A stretch of DNA of 64,000 nucleotides from assembly GCF_001194135.2 (NCBI RefSeq), contig NC_068999.1, positions 20,668,836 through 20,732,835 on the forward strand. The letters run 5' to 3'. This DNA comes from Octopus bimaculoides (taxonomy: Eukaryota). Positions 26,521 through 40,150 of this stretch are shown piece after piece. The first letter of the stretch is position 1; each line of letters opens with the position of its first letter. The translations under genes were made by a program, and so were the position numbers. The notes under the pieces are model-generated. The model saw only the letters and a program-made list of their open reading frames with translations, was not told where the DNA came from and made no database searches.

Positions 26521-27842
26521 TTATGTAATTCATAATTTAACAAATGTATTATATTGAGAAAATTCAAATTAATATATAGGGAAAGATAGAAATTAAACTT
26601 AAAATTTAATAATGGGATACTTTAATATATAGGAAAAACTATTAAGGCGTTTCCTAAGCATACTACTGTTAAGGTGGTCATCATAAAACCGTTCTGCAAT
26701 GAATGTATAACTGAAATAAATTATCATCTGTGTAGGAGTACATAGTATATATTAAAGCAATAACAAGGATTATTTTCTCCATTACGGGTGGATTACTATA
26801 AGATATCAGAAATAAGGAATCGAATATAAGAGGTAATTGAATCAGCGGTATAATAAATGTATAAGGGAATATATGCGGAAAAAATAGTTAAACCGATTTG
26901 GGGATGTAAACATTTAATTGCATGCTTAAAAAATATACTAAAATGCGATAAGGATTACCATAATGTTTATAAAAAAAACTTGTAAAAATAATTTTAAATT
27001 ACACACACTAGGAAAAATTATAAAAGGATATGTGAATGTATAAAAAATCTCACATATAGGTAAACAATTTATAAAACAATGTGTAATTATAAATATAAAA
27101 TATAATATTGTATTATACAGTGAGTTTTATGAACAGAAATTATAAACTACTTTATAATCTAAAGAAGCTACACAAATGCATTGGAGGGTATATAGATATA
27201 TAAAAAGTTAATAATATAAGATAAAAAATATAAAAATATAATTTTATAAAATATTTCATTGCGAATGATATAAAAGGTATAACAGAAATAAAAAAAAATA
27301 AGGATAAATCGAGATAAAATAAAATAAAATAAGGATTATTTTATAGATTATGATATAAATTATAAATTATATTAGAATATTGAAAATATCTTATTATTAT
27401 AATAATTAATAAAAATGAAAATATGTATATCAAATAGTAATTAAAAATGTAAATTAAAATGAAAATGCCTTTGGAAATGGGTTATGAAACATTTGTAAAA
27501 TATATCTAAGACACTAATCTATGTAGAATAACAATAGTTCCTGAGGGTATATCTTATTCTTAGGGGAAGTGCAAGATTTAGTAATCCATTGCAATGTTAT
27601 ATATTATACTAACTATAAGGGAAGATAATTCTAATACCGAAGGGAGTACATATGTATATATAATTATTGAAAAATTGCAGATTAAAGTGGTTAAGGGCTA
27701 TTAGAAAGCAATGCTACATATATTTCGAGAAAATAGAAGGTATGCTATGAATAATATGACATACTAGATACTTCATGCTACCAAATCATAGTATGATATA
27801 CTTAGTATTACTTGCTTCTAAAGTATTTGAATGTACGGGTAT

Positions 27843-28205
27843 CCTATGAACACATGATACTCTAAGATCTCATTTATTTTGTTTGCATCTATATTTGAAT
27901 ATTTCATATATCTCCATATGACACATATTACGTCCATGTTGGCTATTTGTGTATGCCTGAGTTCTAGGGACTATATTCCATTCACAGATCTTCGTAGATA
28001 ATGAAGTACTGTTGGCATTATGCCTAAGCCTAAAGGACGAAACATGATTATTCAAGCGTTTTTTTGGGGGGAGGGGGTTCATATTTACAGAGCATCCGAT
28101 GTAACTGGAGTTAGTAGATTCTGTCATTACTGTACATTTATATATGACATTTTTTGTTAAACACTAAACCAATAACGGGCATTGGGATCCTTCCCTACAA
28201 TTGCA
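27843..28205 (-). pseudogene. PLE Cys-motif + GIY-YIG endonuclease domain, disrupted
   Basis: CNCREGSQCPLLV*CLTKNVIYKCTVMTESTNSSYIGCS..KKRLNNHVSSFR..NSTSLSTKI..WNIV..AYTN..NMCHMEIYEIF..QNK*DLRVSCVHR follows the PLE pattern CNCR..CPL.G.CL..+IYKA.V..YIG..K.R..NH.SSF..ST.LS..W.I..Y.N..C.LC..E..I..LNKR.EL..C.H. Confidence 0.88.
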
Positions 28206-28547
28206 ACTGGTGGATATTATTATTAGCATTATTTACCCTATCATTAACATTTATATTGTCGTCAATCAAGGTATCGCTCAAATTCGTAAAACTATTATCA
28301 AGTGTTATGTCACTATTATTTCAGCTATTATAATAGGTATTACTACATCTATTTATATTGGGAGTATATCATTTGATATTATGCCCTCAGCCTGTAATGG
28401 TTGCATTTGGGATACTTGGGGTTTCTTTGAAATTGATGTAATGAATTCATTGATCAATTAAATGGAGCTGCTTGAAACGACCGTAATGTATTGACATCCG
28501 TACATTTTTGTTACTTATTTACATTCTATATTTAGGCATATATATAA

Positions 28548-28681
28548 TGAGAAGGAGAAGAAGAAGAAGAAGAAGAAGAAGAAGAAGAAGAAGAAGAAGA
28601 AGAAGAAGAAGAAGAAGAAGAAGAAGAAGAAGAAGAAGAAGAAGAAGAAGAAGAACAGCAACAACAAAAACAACAATAATC

Positions 28682-28726
<45 letters not shown>

Positions 28727-28740
28727 TCAATAATAATAAT
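28548..28740. repeat. Compound (AGA)n-(ACA)-(AAT)n microsatellite
   Basis: Visible array; source of poly-R/I/L ORFs. Confidence 0.97.
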
Positions 28741-28861
28741 CCTTGGATTGAATTTATAAACACCCAGTTCGATGCAATTCCACAAAAACTTATTCAATAA
28801 TGCCCATCATTAGATTGTGGTGGCCAGCATAACGGTAATGGAGCTTTATTTGCATATTAAA

Positions 28862-28886
28862 AATGTTTCCCGTTGACAAATTGAGA

Positions 28887-28921
<35 letters not shown>

Positions 28922-28931
28922 NNNNNNNNNN

Positions 28932-28968
<37 letters not shown>

Positions 28969-28980
28969 ACGGGAAACATT
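28862..28980. repeat. (TA)n tract flanked by perfect 15-bp inverted repeats
   Basis: aatgtttcccgttga (28862-28876) / tcaacgggaaacatt (28966-28980). Confidence 0.8.
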
Positions 28981-28999
28981 GTTCTTTCTAAGACAGGAG

Positions 29000-29640
29000 A
29001 GTGAAAAGGGAGGTGAATATCTGTGTGTGCGCGAGAGTCTGCGAGTGTGTGTGTGATAACAGAACGTGTGTGTGCGTATGTGTGTGTGTCTGTACATGGT
29101 TTGGTGGTTTATCTGTTAGTGTGTATGTGTGATTGTGTGTGTGTGTGTGTGAGACGTAGTGGAAGGAATTAGTAGCAGGAATAGTTAGTGGGTGCTTATG
29201 GACAATAGGTGTGTGTCTCTACCACTGTGTGTGTGTGTATATATGTGCGTTCGTCTCAATGTGTGTGTGAGGGGGCACATGTATGTTTGTCATGTGGGTG
29301 GGCTGTATATATGTAAGGTGTTTGGGAGGTGTGTGTGTTAGGTGTATGTGAGGTATGTGTGAATGGGGGTATGTATGGGTTGTCAGGTGTGTAGAAGGTA
29401 TGTGTGAATGCGGGTATATATGGGTTATGTATGCAAGGGTGTGTATGCTTGGGTGTGTGTGTATGTGTATGTTTGCGTGATTGTTAGCGTGTGTGTGTAT
29501 GCGCAAGTGTGCGTGTGTATGTGCGTCTGTATAAGTGTGTGGGCGAGTCTGAGCGTGTAAGTGCATGCATATGTGTTGTGTGTGTGTGGTGTGTTGGGGG
29601 ATAGGTGTGCTTACATGTGTGTGTATGTGTGCGTGTAGGA
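29000..29640. repeat. Degenerate (TG)-rich low-complexity tract
   Basis: Visible TG periodicity; explains His/Thr-rich ORF 29219..29566. Confidence 0.9.
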
Positions 29641-30904
29641 AGGGATGAAATAAATTGTGGAAAATTGTAGTGATTGTAATAAAAAAGTGAATAATGGATA
29701 TAATGNNNNNNNNNNNNNNNNNNNNNNNNNNNNNNNNNNNNNNNNNNNNNNNNNNNNNNNNNNNNNNNNNNNNNNNNNNNNNNNNNNNNNNNNNNNNNNN
29801 NNNNNNNNNNNNNNNNNNNNNNNNNNNNNNNNNNNNNNNNNNNNNNNNNNNNNNNNNNNNNNNNNNNNNNNNNNNNNNNNNNNNNNNNNNNNNNNNNNNN
29901 NNNNNNNNNNNNNNNNNNNNNNNNNNNNNNNNNNNNNNNNNNNNNNNNNNNNNNNNNNNNNNNNNNNNNNNNNNNNNNNNNNNNNNNNNNNNNNNNNNNN
30001 NNNNNNNNNNNNNNNNNNNNNNNNNNNNNNNNNNNNNNNNNNNNNNNNNNNNNNNNNNNNNNNNNNNNNNNNNNNNNNNNNNNNNNNNNNNNNNNNNNNN
30101 NNNNNNNNNNNNNNNNNNNNNNNNNNNNNNNNNNNNNNNNNNNNNNNNNNNNNNNNNNNNNNNNNNNNNNNNNNNNNNNNNNNNNNNNNNNNNNNNNNNN
30201 NNNNNNNNNNNNNNNNNNNNNNNNNNNNNNNNNNNNNNNNNNNNNNNNNNNNNNNNNNNNNNNNNNNNNNNNNNNNNNNNNNNNNNNNNNNNNNNNNNNN
30301 NNNNNNNNNNNNNNNNNNNNNNNNNNNNNNNNNNNNNNNNNNNNNNNNNNNNNNNNNNNNNNNNNNNNNNNNNNNNNNNNNNNNNNNNNNNNNNNNNNNN
30401 NNNNNNNNNNNNNNNNNNNNNNNNNNNNNNNNNNNNNNNNNNNNNNNNNNNNNNNNNNNNNNNNNNNNNNNNNNNNNNNNNNNNNNNNNNNNNNNNNNNN
30501 NNNNNNNNNNNNNNNNNNNNNNNNNNNNNNNNNNNNNNNNNNNNNNNNNNNNNNNNNNNNNNNNNNNNNNNNNNNNNNNNNNNGTTAGAGAGTTGGAGGG
30601 GGGGTTGATGGAAAGAGAGATGTCGAGGAAGTTAACAGAGGTGTAAGAGATGGTAGAAGTAAAGTCAAGAGCAGGGTGTAAGTTAGAGAGGAAGGAGATG
30701 AAAAGGCAGAGCTGGAGAGAGAGAGAGAGAGAGAGAGTGAGAGAGAAAGAGAGAGAGAGAGGGAGAGAGAGAGAGAGAGAGAGATTCAGATTTTCTTTTT
30801 CTTTTCGAATCAGCTATACGAGTTCCGTAAATTTAAAACATCCTCTTGAAAATTATTTATTAATCTTCATCTACATAATTATTTCTAATATAGGCATAAA
30901 CCTT

Positions 30905-31070
30905 GACATTTGAGGGGGAGGAGGTAGAATAACACATCGATTCAGTTTTCGATTGATATTTATGTTATCAACCCTGAGAGTGTGAAAGGCAAAGGTGACC
31001 TTGGACGAAATTAGATCTAGATGTAAAGTCGTAAGAATTAACCACGAAGCATTTCTGCCAACGCACATAT
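30905..31070 (-). mobile_element. Degenerate SINE-A
   Basis: accctgagagtgtgaaaggcaaaggtgaccttgg..atttctgccaacgc matches the SINE-A reverse complement. Confidence 0.7.
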
Positions 31071-32304
31071 GAAGGTGGCAGTCCATTACATTTTCCATCG
31101 AAATAACAAAATCTATTGTAATGTAGACTCAGAGTTATCGTTGTAAAACCAGCGATGGTCTTATTCTGTATATTTTATAATGCAAAATCTATTAAATATG
31201 CTCGTTATATTGATATATATATTAATAAGTAATACATTTTATATGGTTACTTTTATATAAATGTATTTAACCTTTTCCAAATCTGTTTTTTTTTTAACCA
31301 CGTTCTCTAAACTTTAATAATGCTGAGATTTTTACGTCTTTTAAACTAAAAATAACCATTTTAAAAATATGTTTTTTGTTATATATATATATACTATAAT
31401 AGTTCGGCATTAATTTTGCAGTATCATATATTTTTCATAGATTTCCTTAAAAGAAATGAAATGTTTTTCATCCAAATGTACCCATAGACCTTCATGCAGC
31501 ATAATTTTCAAAAACGTTCTTACTCATGTTTTCATCTTCATTTTATCACATATCGAACAAATATTCACTTCATCCACTGTTATGGGGTTTGTGTTATAAA
31601 TGAACACTAATGTAACGCCCTTCCTCAGAGCATTGTGATATATCTTTGATTCCTAAAACACGTTAATTTATTCACAAGTCATTTCTTCCCTTTCAAAGCT
31701 AAATATTTAACTGGGGCATTTAATTCAGGCATTGTGTTATCCCCATTTTTTTTTTTTATTCAGTTACCAGGTGTGAGAGTTGCATTTTATTCATTAATTC
31801 CTGTATGTTTATAATACATGTAATTGATTGCGTATTAAATGAGAGAGAGATAGAGAGAGAGAAATGAAGTATTTCTAAACTCAACAGAAATTCGCTATTT
31901 AATTACAGAAACAGAATAAAACAAAAAAATATATTAGCGTTAATTGTATTAATTGTGAGCTACTATCAAAGAACTGATAGTTAATTTCACGGAACTAAGA
32001 TACAATTTCAGACAACTAGGGACATCTCTCATTATTTGATTCATTAATTTTTTCAAATTATACTTCGTTCTCTTTAACAGCAAATAAAAATTCCCGCTAG
32101 GTTTAATATTCTTTCTCCATTTTAAATACAATTTGAATGGATAATAACTTTTCCCTTTATATACCATGTGGTATATTCACGACGAACATGAATTATCTAA
32201 ACCTATGCCACCGGCCCTTCTCATTTTTCCCTTGGCATACTTATTGTATGTATATATAAATCTCTCTCTCTCTCTCTCTCACTCTCTCTCTCTCTCTCTC
32301 TCTC

Positions 32305-32351
<47 letters not shown>

Positions 32352-32696
32352 NNNNNNNNNNNNNNNNNNNNNNNNNNNNNNNNNNNNNNNNNNNNNNNNN
32401 NNNNNNNNNNNNNNNNNNNNNNNNNNNNNNNNNNNNNNNNNNNNNNNNNNNNNNNNNNNNNNNNNNNNNNNNNNNNNNNNNNNNNNNNNNNNNNNNNNNN
32501 NNNNNNNNNNNNNNNNNNNNNNNNNNNNNNNNNNNNNNNNNNNNNNNNNNNNNNNNNNNNNNNNNNNNNNNNNNNNNNATATATATATATATATATATAT
32601 ACACACTCACAAAAAGGCATATATATCAATATATATGTGTGAGTGTGTGTGTCTGACTGCATATATACATACACACACACAAACACACACACACAC

Positions 32697-32743
<47 letters not shown>

Positions 32744-33140
32744 TTTTTGAACCCATTGTTATACGCAGCAGAATTGTCCTCAAAATATGCCATTCTCTTA
32801 CGGTAAAGGGGTCCTCCCATTTCCTTCCCAGATTTCAAATGGTAACTATACATTTAAACAATATTGTTTGGCTATATAACCTACTTTTCAATAACTACAA
32901 TTCTTCCAAATATTTAGCCCTACAGATACATCGATAGAGAAGTGTGTACTTTCTCTCAGTTTCCTTGTATTGCTTCATAGATTCACATTCATTGAAAATA
33001 TATTCTATGTATTTTACATGATTAATGAAACTTTCTTTTTATAAGGCAACTATACATGTTTTTGTACGAGAGAGAGACAGAGAGAGGGGGAGAGAGAATG
33101 CGTATGCCTGTGTGTACGTAGCCTACTTTAATGTGCGTGA

Positions 33141-33199
<59 letters not shown>

Positions 33200-33528
33200 T
33201 CCATATGTATCAGCGTGCGTTGCAATATTTATCTGTGGTACAGCATTTCTAAAAATATGGTGTTTGTGATTCTATATAAATGTTTTAGTAGATTTAGTAT
33301 CATATTGATTATACATTTACACGTATACCAATTTATGAGAATTCTAAAATTTATATATGTCTAGTGTGTGCATGTGTATCACTGTGTGTTTATGCTTGCA
33401 CCTATGTATGTACAAATATGATTATCCATATATAGTTACGTATGTGTACACGCATATGTATACATGTGCATAAATACGTATATGTATATACATACATATA
33501 TATACATATACATATATGTATATATGTA

Positions 33529-33573
<45 letters not shown>

Positions 33574-34314
33574 NNNNNNNNNNNNNNNNNNNNNNNNNNN
33601 NNNNNNNNNNNNNNNNNNNNNNNNNNNNNNNNNNNNNNNNNNNNNNNNNNNNNNNNNNNNNNNNNNNNNNNNNNNNNNNNNNNNNNNNNNNNNNNNNNNN
33701 NNNNNNNNNNNNNNNNNNNNNNNNNNNNNNNNNNNNNNNNNNNNNNNNNNNNNNNNNNNNNNNNNNNNNNNNNNNNNNNNNNNNNNNNNNNNNNNNNNNN
33801 NNNNNNNNNNNNNNNNNNNNNNNNNNNNNNNNNNNNNNNNNNNNNATACGTACTGGTATATATGTATTCGTGCGTATATGCATTCACTAATAATACATCC
33901 TTATTATTATTTTGCCTAGCCTATTCAAATTAATTTAAAACAATTTCTATCCAATTGTGTCCTCCTCTTTCATTTAAAACACACCTTTTACAACTAGAAA
34001 CATCGTTTTATGCTGCGTTTGCCGTCTTAGTTTCTACTGCACTAAATTTCTATGAGTCTGCACTAAGAGCTTTGTCTTTACACAATTCGGCATGACATTT
34101 TACCATACAATTCTACATTCTGCTACTTTTGGTTTTGTAGTTTAAAATAATGTTTTTGAAACCCATACATACATATATACATACATACAGACATACATAC
34201 ATACATACATACATACATACATGCATGAAGGCATACGAACATACCTACAAACATACGTACGTATATGTGTCTAAACACACACACACACATATATACATAG
34301 AGAGAGTGAGATAA

Positions 34315-34347
<33 letters not shown>

Positions 34348-34364
34348 CAGATAGACAGATAGAC

Positions 34365-34402
<38 letters not shown>

Positions 34403-34489
34403 TTAGATAGATGTGTATATAGATATGTATGTTTGTACCTGTATATTTATATATGTATATATGATAGATATGTAGTCTGTGTTACATTT

Positions 34490-34542
<53 letters not shown>

Positions 34543-34881
34543 GTGTGTGTGTGTATACATACATACATATAATTCTCATTTATGTTTATTTTTCGATTTT
34601 TGATAATTTTAATTCGTAATTAAACAGCAATATATGCTTCAATACTTCTAAATATGTAACTGAAATATTTTTGTTCGTTTCTCTGCATATTTGGATAAAA
34701 ATGATGTTGGGTAATTATTCAGTCATGCGATAATTTGTTGTAATATTCTAAAGGAATACATTATAAAATTTCGATATGTACAAAAGAGTTTAATAAATTT
34801 ATATATTCCCACGCTTTCTCACTTCCTCTCCCTCCTCCTCATACACCCTCTCTATTTCTGTGCCCCTCTGTTTCTCTGTGT

Positions 34882-34924
<43 letters not shown>

Positions 34925-35122
34925 ATGCACACACACAAAAACGCACACACACGCACACGCACGCACACTCACACACACGCGCACACACACACACATATAT
35001 GTATATATATATTTGTGTGCATATACGTAGGTATACATTTATATAATCTTATATATAATTCATATTATGCAAATATTACAAACACACCTATACCTACATA
35101 CATACATATAATACGTACATAC

Positions 35123-35213
<91 letters not shown>

Positions 35214-38200
35214 CACACGCACGAATACACACTGACATATGTCGTATTGAGTTAAAAAAAACAATTCTGATATGAGTATACGAACAAGCATGCAGATAGA
35301 TATGTACATGTGTATGGTGGTAGATATACTATGTTTTTTTGTATTTAATTAATTAATTAATTGATTTCAATCGGATTCTTTCTAACACGACTCTCAAATG
35401 TATTTATTCGTATATATTTATGTTTTCTTTTCTTCTTTAGATAGGAAACGACACATTTTGTCGAAATATATTTGCTAACATATACAAAATGAATTTGAAA
35501 CCACATCTTCCTCTATGCCCCTGGATAATTTAACTTTGGAATGATCTATTAATATCTTTATCGAGGTTGTAAGGTGCGTTGTCATTTGGATATGTAAATG
35601 GTATGCCCTGCCTATTTGGGTTTTTTGGACAAGGCATTTCGTTTGACATTCTTCCCGACCATCCAGCAGAAAACGATTAACAATGTCTGTGGATGGGTAA
35701 ACGTGCGAATGAAGAATGGTGCCTTGTTCAAGAATGGTAGTCTTTGCCTATACACCGAAATTCCTTGAAAATCAATATCTCTTCCAGCTCCATGAATGTG
35801 CCAGGTATATGTTAAAATGATTTTTATGTTAGAAATAAATGTTGCTGGCGACCGATTATTGTTGAGATGTGTGTTTGCTATTACTAAGTATGTTATTACC
35901 ACTGATGTTTTCTTTTGTTTTTGATTTTGTTATTCTCGGCCATCCCTGCTTGAAGTGATTTAAGATGAAATGCCATTTAACCTTATTGCTTTGAAAATCA
36001 TTTAGTTAATAGATGTTTTCATTCTCTAATACTTTATTGTGTGACTAGAGCTTTGGCAACTATTTCCATCAGCCTCAGTTACCATGTGCAGGCTCTCCTT
36101 TTTGTGTTGATTTTGTTGTTGCTGTTGGGTTTTTTTGGGGTTTTTTTTGCTTTGTCCCCTGTCTAATCGAATCCGACAGAACAATGATTAAAATTGTTCC
36201 GGCTACGATCATACTGTCCTTTTTGTAAGTCTAACAGGGTGAGGCTCTCCAACGTCTACTTAACATTTATAAATCATCAAGGTGTGGGTTTACAGTTGTT
36301 TAGATTCTAGTTTTAGTACACGTAATGGCAACGCAGATTCGCTCACGTTAGTGTACATATGATGTCGATTGGGCCAAATTAGATGTATTCTACATATATT
36401 GAATAGCACACTTGTGCTATTTCATTTATTGAAAAGGACGTAACCAGATATCACAATCTGGCACTGTATTCATTCTACCAATCTACCACAATTATAGGAA
36501 TACAGGGGAGCATATACTCGGTTATTTATTCTACTATATTTAGTTCCGTTTGTTCAGAAATCACCACGAAGCACGTTGATGTTTTTTACAGACTTTAATT
36601 ATATTGCAGCTTATGTATAAAGATCAATTAATACGAAATCAGATATGTTATTATTCTGAATATAATGAAGCTATCGGAACCCCACTAGACACTTCTTATC
36701 TTCAGTTAACGTAACACTAATCTCATTACAGATAATCATATTCTTTCAAGGTAATGAATCAGTCAAAGAATAAATTTCGTACTGTAATGGCAGCAATTCT
36801 GAACCTTCAATTCCGCAGAATATATCTAGGTGGAATGGCTTCTTAAGATAAAATTATATTGCTGAAAGCACGCGTGGAAAACACCCTAGAAAAGGATTAT
36901 CTAGCTTATAGAAATTAAAATTCACCAAGATGCATACTACCATTGATAAGAAAAAAAACCTGATTGGGTTCTTCTCTTTCTCACCCGGTTTTTCACCATC
37001 CAAACTGAAACTCAAACTGCAAGCCTTGTTGTAAATATAATTTAATACTAGTTATCGCAATACATTCCACTGAAAGTCCTTCCATATTCTCTATGCACCT
37101 TTCACCTTCAATAATCTAACGTTATCTACTTGCAAAATGTAAAATTGAATATTAACTGCTACATCACCTGTTTATCTAACCTGTAGAGGTTGTAAGTCTC
37201 ACCCCTTCTATTCCTTTAAAATTCTCAAAAAGTCACATCGCAGTGTATCATACGATAGACATTAAACATAAGCGTTTTAAATGGTTGTCTAACACATTTA
37301 CCGTATCGTCCATATTTCACTATGAATGTATGTGAACTGATGTGTGTTTGCTAATGTACAGGGTAGTGTTATTATGTTTCGGCTCAACAATGATGTGTTA
37401 CCTTAGAGTACGTGTATTATTTATATGGATGCCATAAGTTTATGTGCATCGTTTTGATAGAAAGATAGGAAGAGGAAGTTCTGCTCTGATATGCGATTAA
37501 ACTTTTTCTCTATTCGTTTATTCGTATCATAAAGATGTAATTGTGTGCTCGAGTAAGTCTTGTATAAATCTGTGCGCATTTCAAGAAACTAGATGAGAAT
37601 GAGAGAGATAAACAGACAGATAGACATACAGACAGAGACTGGGAGAGAAAGATCAGGATCATATCTCTCGCTATTTAATATTTTCTATTTATCTGTTAAT
37701 GCAAGTAGTGGCTGCATATTTAAGCGGTATAATATATATATATACGTATATANNNNNNNNNNTATATATATATATACATGCATGTATACATACTTGTATA
37801 TACATATCCATGTATATACTTGTGTGTGTATGTGTGTATGTGTGTGTGTATAAGTCTGTGTGTGTGTGTGCATACAATGCGTGATTTCTTTATAAATGAA
37901 GTTTTACTGATATAGTCTTCGAGCAATTGTAGCATTGATATGCGTAGATGTATGCGAGTATGTTCATGTGAAGGTGTGTATGTCTGTGTGTATTGTTTGT
38001 GTCTGTTTGTGTGTTGTATGTGTGCAATGAAACCTTAGAGTGAAGTTAGGATGCAGTTTATATGTATATTTATATGTGTAAGTATATTTGTTTCAACTGT
38101 AATGTTGATGGCATAGTGTGAGACGTCCATTCTGAATTTTAAGGACAATGAAATGTACGTGTATGAGGCACAGGATGGATCAAGGGAATCAAGAATGCAG

Positions 38201-38361
38201 AATAATATAGGACCTCTTTTTACTTTTCCCATTCGTACTACCTTTCTCATTCTTTCTTTACATTCCATCATTCGGTGTCACTCTCCTCGTGTATTCTCCT
38301 TCCTTCTCTCCCCGCCTCTTACCCCTTCTTTCTCGCTGTATAGCTGTATGTATATATATAT

Positions 38362-39196
38362 ATAAATATATATATATATGAATATGAATATATACACACA
38401 TACAACATTTTCATATGCTTCACGTTTTTTCTTCTCTTAACCCTCTTATCTCATCCTCTGATTTTTACGTATTCACACTCTCTATATTTAACTCATAATT
38501 TAATTTCGAAAGCGTCCACTGTGTTTTCCATTCATGTTATATCGTGAACTTACCATGGATGCCTATCTATTTCAGATATACACCTCTTTGATTCTTTNNN
38601 NNNNNNNNNNNNNNNNNNNNNNNNNNNNNNNNNNNNNNNNNNNNNNNNNNNNNNNNNNNNNNNNNNNNNNNNNNNNNNNNNNNNNNNNNNNNNNNNNNNN
38701 NNNNNNNNNNNNNNNNNNNNNNNNNNNNNNNNNNNNNNNNNNNNNNNNNNNNNNNNNNNNNNNNNNNNNNNNNNNNNNNNNNNNNNNNNNNNNNNNNNNN
38801 NNNNNNNNNNNNNNNNNNNNNNNNNNNNNNNNNNNNNNNNNNNNNNNNNNNNNNNNNNNNNNNNNNNNNNNNNNNNNNNNNNNNNNNNNNNNNNNNNNNN
38901 NNNNNNNNNNNNNNNNNNNNNNNNNNNNNNNNNNNNNNATATATATATATATATATATATATAAATATATATATATATGAATATGAATATATACACACAT
39001 ACAACATTTTCATATGCTTCACGTTTTTTCTTCTCTTAACCCTCTTATCTCATCCTCTGATTTTTACGTATTCACACTCTCTATATTTAACTCATAATTT
39101 AATTTCGAAAGCGTCCACTGTGTTTTCCATTCATGTTATATCGTGAACTTACCATGGATGCCTATCTATTTCAGATATACACCTCTTTGATTCTTT
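38362..39196. other. Exact ~236-bp direct duplication either side of a gap (probable assembly artefact)
   Basis: 38362-38597 is repeated at 38961-39196 with no mismatch seen; the copies flank N-run 38598-38938. Confidence 0.9.
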
Positions 39197-39536
39197 GTCC
39201 ATATGAGGGACTTCTCTTTAACAATTGCCCTTTCTTTACGACGCAGTAATCCACTAATGCAATCTCATATCCCGATGGGCTTTGGGAATTAATTACTGCA
39301 CTTAAAGCAATTTTTACTTGTGAGCTACAGCAGTGAACTGCATATGCTTTGTGCAAGATTATTTAGCCATAATACAAGAAAATATAGTGTTCCCTCTAAT
39401 AACACCCAATCTATCGGGCTTACCTTTCACTGAATAGTCTTATGCACATGCACACAGTTGATGTATTCAAGTAGATATGGATAGATAAATAGGCACAGAT
39501 AGATAATAGATAGACAGATAGATAGATAGATAGATG

Positions 39537-39580
<44 letters not shown>

Positions 39581-39819
39581 CATACATACATACATACATA
39601 CATACATACATACATACATACATACATTTTTTTTTTACCGAAAAAGGTGTTTCAAATGGAAGGAAATATATCATGAAGAAAATGAAACGTATAACGATAA
39701 AAGTCATGGGAGATTTTTTCTTGCAGAAACTTCCCGAAACAGGAGAAATTTTCTTGAAGAAAACTCCCGGACCAGTTCCAACACATTCAATCATCTCACA
39801 CATACGCTCACTCTTGCTC

Positions 39820-40030
39820 TTAGCTTTAGTTTCTTCCGTACTGTTGGTGTAAACATCGGGCAGCAAGACATGTCTAATGATTCTGTTCCTGACCATATTC
39901 ACCTGAATCTTCTGAGACGCTAATTTGCTTCAGATCTCCTTTGAAAGTGCCGCACCATGTCTTCTAGTGTCTCCTGCTCTTTCTTCGTCCCTCTGGCCTC
40001 TACTCATTTTATAGCTATGTTGGATATTGG
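39820..40030 (-). mobile_element. RTE-type LINE 3' end
   Basis: RPEGRRKSRRH*KTWCGTFKGDLKQI..TCLAARCLHQQYGRN* matches the RTE C-terminus W.PEGKR.RGRP..TWR.TF..DL..LVARC..R.GRN*. Confidence 0.75.
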
Positions 40031-40150
40031 TTTTTATATGCTCACTAAATTCACTTAAACATTTCACTTCCATAGATCAGTCTGCAACATAAACGCCGAG
40101 CCTATAAAATAATATCAACTTCACAAGGATACCAGGCCTAATATTATAGA

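Larger units (their letters stand above)
26102..28527 (-). mobile_element. Penelope-like element (PLE) remnant bounded by 108-bp inverted repeats
   Basis: GIY-YIG domain at 27843-28205, long AT-rich UTR-like spacer, and an RT-thumb-like remnant at 26170-26520. IRs 26102-26209 and 28420-28527 differ at about 14 of 108 positions. Confidence 0.75.

Noticed and set aside
26102-28527. Interpretation as a Polinton/viral or TIR DNA transposon insert
   Set aside because: No transposase, integrase or polB motifs were found; the only clear domain is a PLE-type GIY-YIG, though a TIR origin of the arms is not excluded.
32626-32853. ORF MYSYHLKSGKEMGGPLYRKRMAYFEDNSAAYNNGF
   Set aside because: No splice-site support, it runs into a microsatellite, and no family is recognised.
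35560-35900. Possible APE endonuclease relic on minus (IGKDYHS*TRHHSSF..IPFTYP)
   Set aside because: Catalytic GDFN/SDH motifs are not recoverable.
36890-37330. Possible RTE RT relic (LMFNVY..RGETYNL)
   Set aside because: No YADD-like motif; similarity is at chance level.
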